A stretch of 64,000 bases of DNA. Source: Eledone cirrhosa. Lineage: Eukaryota. Below, piece by piece: positions 44,012 to 58,899 of the stretch. Position numbers and translations under genes: made by a program. The notes beneath the pieces are model-generated. The model ran no database searches and was not told where the DNA came from. It saw only the letters and a list, made by a program, of their open reading frames with translations. The DNA is taken from assembly GCA_964016885.1 (NCBI GenBank), contig OZ024741.1, positions 220,720,001-220,784,000 on the forward strand. The letters are read 5' to 3'. Numbering within the stretch: the stretch's first letter is position 1; each line of letters starts with the position of its first letter.

Positions 44012-44795
44012 AAGAATTGTTTCTACGTTTGGCACAAGGCCAGCAATTAATCCAGTGTATTACTGGTACTTTATTTTATCGATCCCGTAAGGATGTAAGG
44101 CAGAGTTAACCTTGGCGGGGTTTGAACTCAGACCATAAAGTGCCGTAACTCTATGCGTCACAGCATGGCGTCCGACCCTCTACCGATACTGCCAATCCAC
44201 CACCCTTTTAAGAATTGTTTCTACTTTTGGCACAAGGCCAGCAATTATCCCAGTGTATTACTGGTACTTTATTTTATCGATCCCGTAAGGATGTAAGGCA
44301 GAGTTAACCTTGGCGGGATTTGAACTCAGACCATAAAGTGCCGTAACTCTATGCGTCACAGCATGGCGTCCGACCCTCCACCGATACTGCCAATCCACCA
44401 CCCTTTTAAGAATTGTTTCTACTTTTGGCACAAGGCCAGCAATTATCCCAGTGTATTACTGGAACTTTATTTTATCGATCCCGTAAGGATGTAAGGCAGA
44501 GTTAACCTTGGCGGGATTTGAACTCAGACCATAAAGTGCCGTAACTCTATGCGTCACAGCATGGCGTCCGACCCTCCACCGATACTGCCAATCCACCACC
44601 CTTTTAAGAATTGTTTCTACTTTTGGCACAAGGCCAGCAATTATCCCAGTGTATTACTGGTACTTTATTTTATCGATCCCGTAAGGATGTATGGCAGAGA
44701 TAACCTCGGCGGGATTTGAACTCAGACCATAAAGGGACGTAACTATGCTGGAAAGCATGGCGTCCGACCCTCTACCGATACTGCCAATTCACCGT
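44012..44795 (-). mobile_element. Head-to-tail array of four ~198-bp SINE-1 units; partial copy at 45070-45200
   Basis: Units start aagaattgtttctac at ~44012, 44210, 44408 and 44606; on - strand, A box tggcagtatcgg and B box gagttcaaatcc. Confidence 0.88.
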
Positions 44796-45374
44796 CTTTG
44801 ACTATAATATCTAGTAAGTTAGCTTCGATCTCCGTGTCTGTGTGTATTGACATATCCCAGAGTAGGGTTGCTTTGTTTCTTCTCCATCTCCACATATTCT
44901 GGAGTTACCTATTGTGTTCTGCTTTAATATTTACTTCGGGTGTTCTTTGTGGGGAAGATTTGACTTTGTGCTGCAGTTATTACTGCGATCACCAGAGTAT
45001 TGATGCCAATCACATTCTTTAGAGTTAGTTGCGTCTTCCGTAATAATCTAATCTGTCTAGAGTATTTCCTTATTTTATCGATACGTAAGGATGTAAGGCA
45101 GAGTTAACCTCGGCGGGATTTGAACTCAGACCATAAAGGGCCGTAACTCTTTACTGCAAAGCATGGCGTCCGACCCTCTACCGATACTGCCAATCTACCA
45201 AGACCAAGCTGGTAGATGACCGTAAAAGATATTTAACTCTACCAGTGGACCATATTTCTTGATTGTTAACCAAGTTAAATTCTGAGTATTTCGAATTCTT
45301 CAAACAGTAGGGAATAGAATATCCTCTCTTTGCCGTATGACATTATTTTGACGTCGGGAGAAGTGGACATATAC

Positions 45375-48300
45375 ATACACACAACATTACACCACACCAC
45401 ACACCACACCACCAAACTACACTATATACACACCACATTACATCACACCACACACCACACACCACACACCACACACCACACTACCACACTACACTACACC
45501 ACACTACACCACACTACACTACACCACACTACACTACGACCACCACTACACCACACCACACTACACCACACTACACAACACCACACTACACCACACTACA
45601 CTACACCACACTACACTACACCACACTACACCACACCACATTACACCACACCACACTACACAACACCACACTACACAACACCACACTACACCACACTACA
45701 CTACAACACACTACACTACACCACACTACACCAGACCACACTACACCACACCACACTACACCACACTACACTACACCACACTACACTTCACCACACTACA
45801 CCACACCACACTACACCACACTACACCACACCACACCACATTACACCACACCACACTACACAACACCACACTACACAACACCACACTACACCACACTACA
45901 CTACAACACACTACACTACACCACACTACACCAGACCACACTACACCACACCACACTACACCACACTACACTACACCACACTACACTTCACCACACTACA
46001 CCACACCACACTACACCACACTACACCACACCACACCACATTACACCACACCACACTACACAACACCACACTACACAACACCACACTACACCACACTACA
46101 CTACACCACACTACACTACACCACACTACACCACACCACACTACACCACACCACACTACACCACACTACACTACACCACACCACATTACACCACACTACA
46201 CTACACCACACTACACAACACCACACCACACCACACTACACCACACTACACTACAGCACACCACACTACACCACACCACACTACACTACACCACACCACA
46301 CCACACCACACCACGCCACACTACACCACACCATACTACACTCGACCACACCACACTACACCACACAACACTAAACTACACCACACCACACCACACCACA
46401 TTACACCACACCACACCACACTACACTACACCACACCACACTACGCCACACTACACCACACCATACTACACTAGACCACACCACACCACACTACACCACA
46501 CCACACCACACTACACCACACCACACTACACTACACCACACCACACCACATTACACCACACCACACTACACCCCACCACACCACACCACACTACACCACA
46601 CCACATTACACCACACCACACCACACTACACCACACCACACCACACCACATTACACCACACCACACTACACCACACCACATTAAACCACACCACACTGCA
46701 CTACACCACACCACACCACATTACACCACACCACACTACACCACACTACACTACACCACACCAAACCACACCACATTACACCACACCACATTACACCACA
46801 CCACACCACACCAAACTACACCACATTACACCACACCACAACACACCACACCACACCACACCACACCACACTACACCACACTACACCACACCACACTACA
46901 CCACACCACACCACACTACACCACACTACACCACACTACACCACACCACACCACACTACACCACAGCACAGCACAGCACACCACACGACACCACACTACA
47001 CCACACAACACTACACTACACCACACCACATCATAATACACCACACCACACCACATTACACCACACCACACCACACCACACCACATTACACCACACCACT
47101 CCACACTACACCTCACCACATTACACCACACCACACTACACCACACCACACCACATTACATCACACCACATCACACCACACCACACCACGCCACATTACA
47201 CCACACCACACCACACCACATTACACCACACCACACCACACTACACCACGCTACACCACACCACACTACACCCCACTAACCACACCACACCACACCACAC
47301 CACATTACACCACACCACTCCACAATACACCTCACCACATTACACCACACTACACCATACCACACTACACCACACCACACCACTCCACACTACACCTCAC
47401 CACACCACACCACACCACACTTCACCATACCACACTACACCACACCACACCACATTACATCACACCACACCACGCCACATTACACCACACCACACCACAC
47501 ACACCACATTGCACCACACCACACTACACCACGCTACACCACAGCACACTACACCACACTAACCACACCACACCACACTACATTACACTGCACTACACCA
47601 CACCACACCACACCACACCACGCCACATTACACCACACCACACCACACACACCACATTACACCACACCATACTACACCACGCTACACCACAGCACACTAC
47701 ACCACACTAACCACACCACACCACACTACATTACACTGCACTACACCACACCACACCACACTACTCCACACCACACCACACCACACCACACTACAACACA
47801 CCACACCACACTACACCACACCACACCACACCACATTACACCAAACTACAACACACCACACCACACTACACCACACTACACTACACCACACCACACCACA
47901 TTACACCACACCACACTACACTACACCACATCACACTACACCACATTACACCACACCACACTACACCACACCACACCACACTACACCACACCAAACCACA
48001 CCACACCACATTACACCACACCACACTACAACACACCACACCACACCACACCACACTAGACCACACCATCCCACACCACATTACACCACACCAAACTAAA
48101 CCACACCATACTACACCACACCACATTACACCACACCACACCACACCACACTACACTACACCACACTACACCACACTACACCACACTACACCACACCACA
48201 CCACATTACACCACACCACACCACACCACACCACACCACACTACATCACACCACACCACACCACATTACACCACACCACACCACACTACACCACACTACA

Positions 48301-48562
48301 CCACATTACACCACACCACACCACACCACACCACACCACACCACACCACACTACACCACACCACACTACACCACACCACACTACATCACACCACACCACA
48401 CCACACTACACCACACTACACCACATTACACCACACCACACCACACCACACCACACCACACCACACTACACCGCACCACACTACACCATACCACACCACA
48501 CTACACCACATTACACCACACCACACTACACTACACCACACTACACCGCACCACACCACACA
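45375..48562. repeat. Pentanucleotide satellite (CACAC/TACAC)n, ~3.2 kb
   Basis: accac/actac/attac units; source of the HHTTP ORF. Confidence 0.95.
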
Positions 48563-49025
48563 CGCACATGAATAATATCGCTTAGGATATAACTGAGACA
48601 ACCTTATAGATATAAATATAGAACCATGTGAAACAAGGCTCAGAATTGACTAAGGGGAAGATCACATTAGAGAAACTTAAACTAAAGAACCCTACTAGAG
48701 CATCGCCAGGGAGTTAAACATCGTGTCGAGCAATCCTTAGAGCTTAACTGATTATTTTGTTGCCTGACTGCAGTTTCACAAGTTAAAATAACAGAATCAG
48801 TCCCTCCCATCTCTCTCTCATTCTCTCTCTTTCTCTTTCTCTCTCTCTCTCTCTATATATATATATAGAGAGAGAGTTGCTAAAACAATCTCTCTCTATA
48901 TATATATATACAACAATCTCTCTCTCTATATATATATATACAACCACACACACACATATATACATAAAACAATCTCTCTCTCTCTATATATATAGAGAGT
49001 TGCTAAAACAATCTCTATACGTCTC

Positions 49026-49068
<43 letters not shown>

Positions 49069-49154
49069 GGAAAATTTGAACAGGAACAAAACAGAGAGGC
49101 AGTACAACGAATGTTTATTAATTTCACGCTCTGGAGAGTGGGGTGGTGGTGGGG

Positions 49155-49188
49155 AACGACGTTTCGGGCATAAGCCCTTCTTCAGGTG
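49155..49188 (-). ncRNA. Minimal hammerhead in a PLE terminal fragment (~49067-49710)
   Basis: Reverse complement: cac-CTGAAGA-agggcttatgccc-GAAA-cg-TC-gtt. Confidence 0.68.
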
Positions 49189-49712
49189 AAAAGTGTGTGG
49201 GAAGAGAGTTCAAAGGGTGTGTAGGGGAGTGGTGGAGAGACATATGGCGAAAAGGGGGTGGGAGGAAACTGTGCGAATGAAATTAAAAATAAAAGCATGA
49301 TCAAAATAAAATTAAATTAAAATGGGGTAAAACAGGTGGTGGAAGGGTGTGGGGTGTGTAGGGGTGGTGGCGGGTGGAGTGGGGAGAGGGAGACGGGGTG
49401 TCCGAGCGGGGAGGGCTGAAGGCGGTGTGTATGTGTAGGTGTACGTGTGTGTGTGTGTGTGTGTATGTGAAAGCAAGGGTTGGGGAAGAACGGGGTTGCA
49501 TGTTCAGGAAGAGGTGTGTGTGGGGTGGGGTGTAGGTCGGAGTGTGTGTGCGTGTGTGGATAGAGGTGGGGGGGAGAGGAATCCGGAGGCTGAAGGTGTA
49601 AATATGTGGTGGAAAGCACGTGTGTGTGGGGTTTAAGCGTGTTGTGGGTGTAGGTGGCGTGTGGGAAAAAAATTTTGTTGGGGTGTTGTGTGGGTGAGTT
49701 ATAAAGGTGATA

Positions 49713-49751
<39 letters not shown>

Positions 49752-49949
49752 TTATGTGATTATATATATATATATATTTATGTGATTATATATATATACA
49801 TATATATATATTTATGTGATTATATATATATACATATATATATATATATTTATGTGATTATATATATATATATATATAATATTTTTTTTTTTGTTCATGT
49901 GATTATACTTACATATATATATATATATATTTTCTTCTTCGCCCACTTA

Positions 49950-50340
49950 TTCCTGAGAGGTGTCGTAGGGACAGACTGCTCAAATACTCCTTCCAGTGGT
50001 TCTGTCCTGGGACATTCTAACCACATGCCCATAGTATCGGAGCTGTGATCTCTCAATTCAGAGAAGTAGCGGCTCTACCTGGAGTGACTCTCTGAACTCC
50101 GAGTAACATCACTCCAAAGACCCTTTCGGCCGATCGTATTTTTTCCGTCATTACCCAAGATTCATGACCATAGTTAATGGTTGGCATGAACTGAAGATAG
50201 CGAGTTTGGCTTTTACACCAACTTGTCGTCTTCTGATTACTGAATGCTGAAGCTGGCGAATTACTGTATCACCTCTTGCAATAGTTGCACTTAATTCAGC
50301 CTGCTGCTTTCCATGACTCGTGAACACTAATCTCTCAGAG
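49950..50340 (-). mobile_element. RTE-clade LINE C-terminal fragment
   Basis: KAKLAIF...YGHESWVMTEKIRS...[15 protein letters not shown] read across frameshifts. Confidence 0.7.
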
Positions 50341-50617
50341 GCAGAGGTCACAGAAACACCCCGGAAAAAAACCCCAGTTGATGGATGTGAATCCGAAATA
50401 TATAGGGACTATTAAATCTCTCCCAAGGTAACTCTCTCTTGTGTTGTTATTTTTATTTTTATCCTTTATACTCTTCCCTTCATTCTACACATCTCACACA
50501 TCTTATACACACCACGCATCTCAACGTACACCCACTTACATCTCTCTCTCCACCACCGGACCTTGTTACCCGGAGATTTACCCATTTGCATTGTCGAGGC
50601 TTCCAAACGACTTAAAG

Positions 50618-50641
<24 letters not shown>

Positions 50642-50651
<10 letters not shown>

Positions 50652-51112
50652 AGATCAAAAGATGGTTAAAAGAGTTCCATGTATTTTATTATGCACATTT
50701 CAAAAATAAATATCATCATGCAATAAGATTTGCGTTTTCGTCAGATAAAATAGGGAGACATGATATGAAGGTTAAAACACACTTGTGAATAGTGCAGTTT
50801 TAAATCAACATATGAAAAGTAGTTTTAGATTGATGTGTGATATTGCTAAAAAAAAAATGTGAGGGGGGGGGGGGGGATGAAAAAGAGGAGGAGATGAGAG
50901 TAAAAAGTGGAGGGGGAGGAGTATAATGACGAAAACGCAAATGTTATTGCATAATGATATTTGTTTTTGAAATGGGCATATTAAAATACATGGAACTCTG
51001 TTAACCATCTTTTGATCTTATATATTATTTATACTCCAGTCCTACAAACTGTAGAGTGCTACTTATCCGATATCTGCATTGCTTTATTGTACTACAATAA
51101 AACTCACCTCCT
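50642..51112. mobile_element. Fold-back insert with an intact hammerhead on - strand (50684-50750)
   Basis: Reverse complement: ttttat-CTGACGA-...-GAAA-tgtgca-TA-ataaaa; arms ~50642-50745 and ~50925-51028. Confidence 0.78.
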
Positions 51113-51139
51113 ACATATATATATATATATATATAATTT

Positions 51140-51617
51140 GAGCCCGGGTTCAATCGGGGGTAACCACAGTACGTAAGGTACTCAATACAAAACAGAGTAT
51201 AAATATTTAATATAGAAAACCTTCTACAGGACTAGAACTGTCTCATTCGTAAGAAATCATCAGGAAGCTCACTGTCCAAGTAATATGGTGTTATTTATAT
51301 ATTTTCTGGTGATAGTAGGGGGTGGTGATTGGGATGGGTGGAAGTCATTGGTTGATGGGTTTAAATAAGGTGTGACACCCCCAGTAAGAGCTTGTTTATA
51401 GAATTCTTTCTGCCTTTGTTACTCTAAATATAGCTTTTAAAGAATTCCCTTTACATTAAACCCATCAACCAATGACCTCCACCCATCCCAATCCCCACCC
51501 TCTCCTACCACTAGAAAAGATATAAATACCACCATATTACTTGGACAGTCAGCTTCCTGATGATTTCTCACGAATAAAACAGTTCTAGTCCTGTAGAAGC
51601 TTTTCTATATTAAATAT
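51140..51617. mobile_element. Family B inverted pair
   Basis: 51205-51365 (-) matches 51455-51617 (+); CTGATGA is present in both with GAAA mutated. Confidence 0.8.
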
Positions 51618-51959
51618 ATATTTATATATATATATCCACTAAGTTCCTGGGATACATGCCATGTGCCGTTATGGCGCTCTGTTTAGTTGTGGGTATCTTT
51701 AATTACATATTTATCTATTTATCTATTTATTTTTTATTTAAATATTTACTTAATTATTTATTGATGAGAGATTTCTACTGTTTCATTTTATTGTTTGAAC
51801 AATGACTCATCAATTGCTGAAAATTGTATTGATTATAATTTAGTTTTAATATATAGGAAATCCATATGAAGGTGATTGTGATTTTGTTGGTGCTGCTAGG
51901 ATTGTGTGGTCCATGTAGCGTAGAGATATGACTGTGGCGATGGCGCGGTGAGGTGGTTT

Positions 51960-53358
51960 GTATATATTATGAGGTCTATATGAGGTCTATATATTTTACG
52001 AGGTCTATATATATTATGAGGTCTATATATATTACGAGGTCTATATATATTATGCGGTCTATATATATTACGAGGTCTATATGTATTATGAGGTCTATAT
52101 ATATTACGAGGTCTATATATATTATGAGGTCTATATATATTTTGGGGTCTATATATATTATGAGGTCTATATGTATTATGAGGTCTATATATATTATGCG
52201 GTCTATATATATTACGAGGTCTATATATATTATAAGGTCTATATATATTACGAGGTCTATATATATTACGAGGTCTATATATATTATGAGGTCTATATAT
52301 ATTACGAGGTCTATATATATTATGCGGTCTATATATATTACGAGGTCTATATGTATTATGAGGTCTATATATATTACGAGGTCTATATATATTATGAGGT
52401 CTATATATATTACGAGGTCTATATATATTATGAGGTCTATATATATTATGAGGTCTACATATATTAAGAGGTCTATATATATTACGAGGTCTATATATAT
52501 TATGAGGTCTATATATATTACGAGGTCTATATATATTATGAGGTCTATATATATTATGAGGTCTACATATATTAAGAGGTCTATATATATTACGAGGTCT
52601 ATATATATTATGAGGTCTATATATATTATAAGGTCTATATATATTATGAGGTCTACATATATTAAGAGGTCTATATATATTACGAGGTCTATATATATTA
52701 TGAGGTCTATATATATATTATGAGGTCTACATATATTATAAGGTCTATATATATTATGGGGTCTATATATATTATGATGTATATATATATTACGAGGTCT
52801 ACATATATTAAGAGGTCTATATATATTACGAGGTCTATATATATTATGAGGTCTATATATATTATGAGGTCTACATATATTAAGAGGTCTATATATATTA
52901 CGAGGTCTATATATATTACGAGGTCTATATATATTATGAGGTCTATATATATTATAAGGTCTATATATATTATGAGGTCTATATATATTATGAGGTCTAT
53001 ATATATTATAAGGTCTATATATATTATAAGGTCTATATATATTATAAGGTCTATATATATTACGAGGTCTATATATATTACGAGGTCTATATATATTACG
53101 AGGTCTATATATATTACGAGGTCTATATATATTACGAGGTCTATATATATTATAAAGTCTATATATATTATAAGGTCTATATATATTATGAGGTTTATAT
53201 GAGGTCTATATATATTATAAGGTCTATATATATTATGAGGTCTATATATATTATGAGGTTTATATGAGGTCTATATATATTATAAGGTCTATATATATTA
53301 TGAGGTCTATATATATTATGGGGTCTATATATATTATGGGGTCTATGTGTATTATGAG
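51960..53358. repeat. 18-bp minisatellite (gaggtctatatatattat/c)n
   Basis: Tandem units over ~1.4 kb; source of the RSIYIM ORF. Confidence 0.95.
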
Positions 53359-53364
53359 ATTATG

Positions 53365-53480
53365 TGGAGGTGCATGTTGTACTTACGGTCATAATGCTGT
53401 GGGTTCGATTCCTGGCCTGGGTTGTCTGTGGTATTCTTGAGCAAAACACTTTATTTCCCGTTGCTCCAGTATTCTCAGAC
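53365..53480 (+). mobile_element. SINE-2 fragment
   Basis: gggttcgattcc B box; ttcttgagcaaaacactttatttcccgttgctccagt. Confidence 0.65.
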
Positions 53481-53761
53481 CGAGTCACAACAGTAAATAG
53501 CTGGACTGATGTCATGTAGTCTTGTGCTCTGTCACTTCACATCACAGACACTGGAAGAACTACTGTCCTGGTGCTCCTCTCCACTGACTTTAGACTTCAG
53601 GGTGGCTGAAAAGTTAGCAATGTCCACCTTCAGATCAATAGGGCATTAGTTCCATTTCCATTGCTACCTTGTACATGAGTTGACGAGAATTAGTTGCGCC
53701 TGTATTTCAAACGGTCAGCCTTGTCACACATCGTGACACACTGAATCTCCCTGAGAATCTT

Positions 53762-54040
53762 CCAGATCAATAGTTTCAGGCATTGGGCTCGGATTGATAA
53801 TTTCAGGAATCTGGCTCGGATCGATAGTTTCAAATATTGGGCTCGGATCGATAGATTCAGGAATCTGGCTCGGATCGATATATTTTCAGGCCTTGAGGAG
53901 GTAGGATCGATAGTTGCAGGTATTGGGATTGGATCGATAGTTTCAGGTGTCGATAGTTTCAGCTATTGACTTTGGATCGATAGTTTCAGGTGGTGTCGAT
54001 AGTTTCAGGTATTTTGCTCGGATCGATAGTTTCAGGTATT
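53762..54040. repeat. ~27-29-bp degenerate tandem (ggatcgatagtttcaggtattgggctc)
   Basis: Repeated gatcgatagtttcagg. Confidence 0.8.
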
Positions 54041-54537
54041 TACTGAGGTCATTTAAGGTGACGAGAATAAATAGCAACGAATTTACAAATAAAAGTTATA
54101 GTCAATTGAATGGACGGACATCATGGCTGTTCCGATTGACACATCACTAGAGTTATCTCCCTTGATGACTAGACTAGAAAATGTTCAAGACCTATAGATG
54201 TAGATTATATCTCCTAATAACATAAATAAGATTAGATACTGTCCTTTTACCAACCCACTAGATTTTCTAGCGTATCATCATTCATGATTCTTTGTTCGTA
54301 TATTTGGCGACATATCTGAACTTTAGGATAGTTGATATAAAATAGTAAAAACTTTGTTGTAACTACGAAGCCAACCTAGAGAAGAAATTATCACGGGTTG
54401 GATGGTTCCTTTAGAAATGAAAATATACGTACGTGCTTCAGACACAATAATCTCTTTAAAATCTGGCAAGCATAAGGTAGAGCATCACTAGCTCCTAACA
54501 TAAATACCGTTTTATACACACATATATATATATATAT

Positions 54538-54996
54538 ATGGTGGCTGCCAACTCGTTTTCGAGTACGGCCACTACTTTATATCCATGTAGGAGAACCCTT
54601 ACCGATGCACTGAACGAGTGTGACTTTTTAGTCCAGCCAGCGACTTGAAAACTCTGGTACAAACACTACACTTGTGACAGTTACTGACACATAGTGCTGG
54701 GCCCATGGTACCATGTGACGACAAGTGCAGAGAGATCTCCAGATATAAAGCAATGCCTGTGCCGTGAAGCTTTTATAGTGAGCAAAGGCACTGCACAAAG
54801 CCAGTCCCACTCTCTTAACCAAGATGATATTTACCAAAAAGAAGAACAAGTCAACATCATTGGATACCATCAGGGTAGCAGGTGTTATATCAGAGTTTTC
54901 CTTCTCCTAGAATTCTGCCTTGACAAAGGCTAAGGGGTCATCTCTCCCGGGGCTAAGGGGTCATCTCTCCCGGGGCTAAGGGGTCATCTCTCCCGG
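54538..54996 (+). mobile_element. Family E interspersed repeat (unclassified, possibly a LINE 5' UTR or SINE), ending in 3 x 23-bp tandem
   Basis: Near-identical to 55567-55979; related to 58255-58295 and 63441-64000. Confidence 0.7.
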
Positions 54997-55108
54997 AGAT
55001 ATATATATATACATACATATACAAGCAGACACACACACACATGTATATATGTGTATATAGTGTATATATATACGTATACATGAATATATATATATATGTA
55101 TGTATATA

Positions 55109-55149
<41 letters not shown>

Positions 55150-55243
55150 GTGTGTGTGTATATATATATGTATATATATATATATGTGTGGTGTGTGTGT
55201 CTGTGTGTATGTGTGTATATTTATATATATGTGTGTGTATATA

Positions 55244-55294
<51 letters not shown>

Positions 55295-55315
55295 GTGTGT
55301 GTGTGTGTGCATATA

Positions 55316-55359
<44 letters not shown>

Positions 55360-55410
55360 TATTGAAATTTCCGTTGGAAACAGAAAAGGTCATAGAAATG
55401 AAGAGTGCTC

Positions 55411-55557
<147 letters not shown>

Positions 55558-55566
55558 CATATATAT

Positions 55567-56132
55567 ATGGTGGCTGCCAACTCGTTTTCGAGTACGGCCA
55601 CTACTTTATATCCATGTAGGAGGACCCCTACCGATGCGCTGAACGAGTGTGACTTTTCAGTCCGGCCAGCGACTTGAAAACCCCGGTACAAACACTACAC
55701 ATGTGACAATTATTGACACATAGTGCTGGGCCCATGGTACCATGTGACGACAAGTGCAGAGAGATCTCCAGATATAAAGCAATGCCTGTGCCGTGAAGTT
55801 TTTATAGTGAGCAAAGGCACTGCACAAAGCCAGTCCCACTCTCTTAACCAAGATGATATTTACCAAAAAGAAGAACAAGTCAACATCATTGGATATCATC
55901 AGGGTTGCAGGTGTGATATCAGAGTTTTCCTTCTCCTAGAATTCTGCCTTGACAAAGGCTAAGGGGTCATCTCTCCCGGTGATTTTGGATGGCCATTGAC
56001 TCTTAAGAGCTCCTTTGCCCTTTGACAGGTTTTGTTTTTAGTCCTGCAGGATGTCCAAAGTCACCCTCCTCACCAAGAAACCTTGGTGGGGTTGCCAGTT
56101 TAGTCGCCAACGACCCAACCATGGGACAGGTT
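55567..56132 (+). mobile_element. Family E copy (longer)
   Basis: atggtggctgcc...ccttctcctaga...gacaaaggct...gtcctgcagg.tgtccaaa...ggtggggttgcc. Confidence 0.7.
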
Positions 56133-56346
56133 TCTTTGTAAAATTTCATTCTCTCTGTCACTCTGTCTTTCCTTCTCTCTCTCTCCGTCTCTCTCTCTTT
56201 CTCTCTCTATGAATGTATTTATGTATTTATGTATGTGTGTGCATGTATGTGTGTGCATGTGTGTTTATGTATGTATGTATGTATGTATGTATGTATGTAT
56301 GTATGTCAGGTCACCAGTTGGTGCTACTGGTAACATGTATCCCAGT

Positions 56347-56404
<58 letters not shown>

Positions 56405-57237
56405 CACAGATGCGTGCGCGATCACATACACACACAGAGACGAACACAATTCTAAATTATAGACAAAGATTGATACACACACACACGCGCACACACATAA
56501 ACACACATACACACACACACATACACACCGACACAAAAATATTATGCATTTATGCACAGATCTAGGTACATATATTATATACAAATATACATAAATCTAC
56601 GCACACATATAGAGAATAGACTCAGTATATATAGATGCGTGTATTGGAAGCTAGCTATAGACACAGCAAGACAACTAGAGGCTATAGGTAGCCGTCATAT
56701 CTAAGAAGACAACTGAATACACACCATCTATGTACATCAATATATTGTGTGCTGTCTGGAAATTCTGCTCTCTGAACTGGAATGTCTCCGAGATTCTCTG
56801 CTGGCAAGGACAATAGTCAAAGATGAAAATGATGTCTGACATATTATCCCACATCTAGTAGTCTCTCTCCCTCTTCTCTCTGTCTTTCTTTCCTCTCTCC
56901 CTGTCTCTCTCTCTCTCTTCTATCTCTCCCTCTCACTCTCTCTTTCACTCTCTCTCTCTCTTTCTCTCTCTTTCTTCATCATATCCCCCTTCTCTCTTTT
57001 TTTTTCTCTCTCTCTGCTATTTTCTCCATAATATCCCCCTTCTCTCTTTTTCTCCCTCTCTCTCTCTCTATCCTTTTAGATCACTCTCCCCCTTTCTCTC
57101 TCTCTCCCTCTCGCTCCCTTTCCCCCTCTTTCTCCCTCCCTCTCTCTATCTCTATTGTTTTCTTTATAATATACTCCCCTCCTCCCCATCACCTCCTCTA
57201 CCCTCACCACCTCTCTCTCTTTCTCTCTCTCTCAATA

Positions 57238-57270
<33 letters not shown>

Positions 57271-57683
57271 TATAATTTCCTATATTGCTGATGAATTCCC
57301 ACGTTTTTCTCAAAAACTCTTCTTTTCTTTCTCGTTTCTTCCTCGTCTCACTCTCAATCTTTTTATTTCATCTTCTATTTCTCTTATTAACATTTTATCT
57401 TCGTGGATAGAAAAGTAACAGTAGTAAAATACTAGGGTTAATTCTTCGTTTATATTTCTTTCTCATTTCCTCTCACTCACTCTCTACTCTTCTTTGAAGA
57501 AATCTGCCGTATTTAGACCAGGAGAGGGATGGATGACGCCGGGTTTTAAAATTGCCCCCACCACCCCAAAGCCTTATGTTGATACGGTGCCTCTGTGATT
57601 CTACCAGGAGGTACAGGACCAGGCCATGCATACATACACACACATACATACACATACATACACACACACACACACATACATAT

Positions 57684-57870
57684 AATTGTTTCCATTTTGT
57701 TGGCACAACGCCACCAATTATCTCAGTGCATTACTGGTACTTTATTTTATTGACCCCTTAAGGATGAACGGCAAAGTTAACCTCGGTAGGATTTGAACTC
57801 AGATTGTAAAGGGACGCAACTCTGTGCTGCAAAGCATGACGTCCGACCCTCTACCAATACTGCAAATCCA
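57684..57870 (-). mobile_element. SINE-1 copy
   Basis: actggtactttattttattgacccc...atttgaactcaga...gtccgaccctctacc. Confidence 0.78.
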
Positions 57871-58050
57871 AATAACTGCATGTACGCATGTACTAATACA
57901 AAACATATACACATGCACACATATAACTCAAAACAACCACATCCACACATACAATAACATCCATATCTACACATGCAGACATGCATACATATCTACCTAG
58001 TTGATGTTGTGTAAATTCCAATAAGAGAGTCTTGTATCTATGTTAGAAAT

Positions 58051-58130
<80 letters not shown>

Positions 58131-58184
58131 CCTCTCTCTCTCTCTATTGATAAAAATTTATAAACTTATACAACCACATGAAAA
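57871..58184 (+). mobile_element. 5'-truncated copy of the R4 element 3' UTR
   Basis: Matches 63195-63425 (aataactgcat...ctacctagttgatg...ctatgttagaaa.cgactctc) with an expanded (TC)n. Confidence 0.85.
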
Positions 58185-58301
58185 TACACGCATACATACA
58201 CACATTCATACACACACACATACATACACATACATACATATATATATACATATATGATGGCTGCCCCTCGTTATCGAGTATGGCTATTGCACGAGAAAAA
58301 A

Positions 58302-58782
58302 AAAGGTAAAATTTCAATCATTTAATCACGACACATGTTTCAATAAGATATAGATCGATTGTGAAGCCATGATCGATTATCACTGATCTCATCAGGTGAA
58401 AATGAATTGTCTTCAAATTCTTGATATGAGGGAGAAAAAGTAACGATGTTCTCTCACAGAATTCATTCCCTCATATTCTGTGAGAGAACATCGTTATTTT
58501 TCTCCCTCATATCAAGAATTTGAAGACAATTCATTTTCACCTGATGAGGTCAGTGATAATCGATCATGGGTTCACAATCGATCTATATCTTATTGAAACA
58601 TGTGTCGTGATTAAATGATTGGAATTTTACCTTGCCTTCGGATTTTCATTTTGATACTTATACTCCGTTTTACATCATCTAGCTGATCCCTCGAATGGAA
58701 TGGGAGATATACAAAAGCGTGGAGATCTTAATATTGCTAACATAAAGTTATTGGACCATTTTACACAACCAATAATGCACCT

Positions 58783-58786
<4 letters not shown>
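58302..58786. mobile_element. Fold-back insert (~160-bp arms) with a hammerhead on both strands and an ATG-initiated tail
   Basis: 58302-58461 is the reverse complement of 58474-58633; tcac-CTGATGA(58541)-long stem II-GAAA-catgtg-TC-gtga. Confidence 0.85.
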
Positions 58787-58856
<70 letters not shown>

Positions 58857-58858
58857 CT

Positions 58859-58869
<11 letters not shown>

Positions 58870-58899
<30 letters not shown>

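Noticed and set aside
43066-44795. CRISPR-like arrays
   Set aside because: Whole units are repeated with no unique spacers, no cas genes and a eukaryotic context.
45330-47036. 568-aa His/Thr/Pro ORF
   Set aside because: Translation of the pentanucleotide satellite.
57285-57300. Isolated CTGATGA (also ~40375 on - strand, ~51762)
   Set aside because: No properly placed GAAA or closing stems, so not counted as hammerheads.
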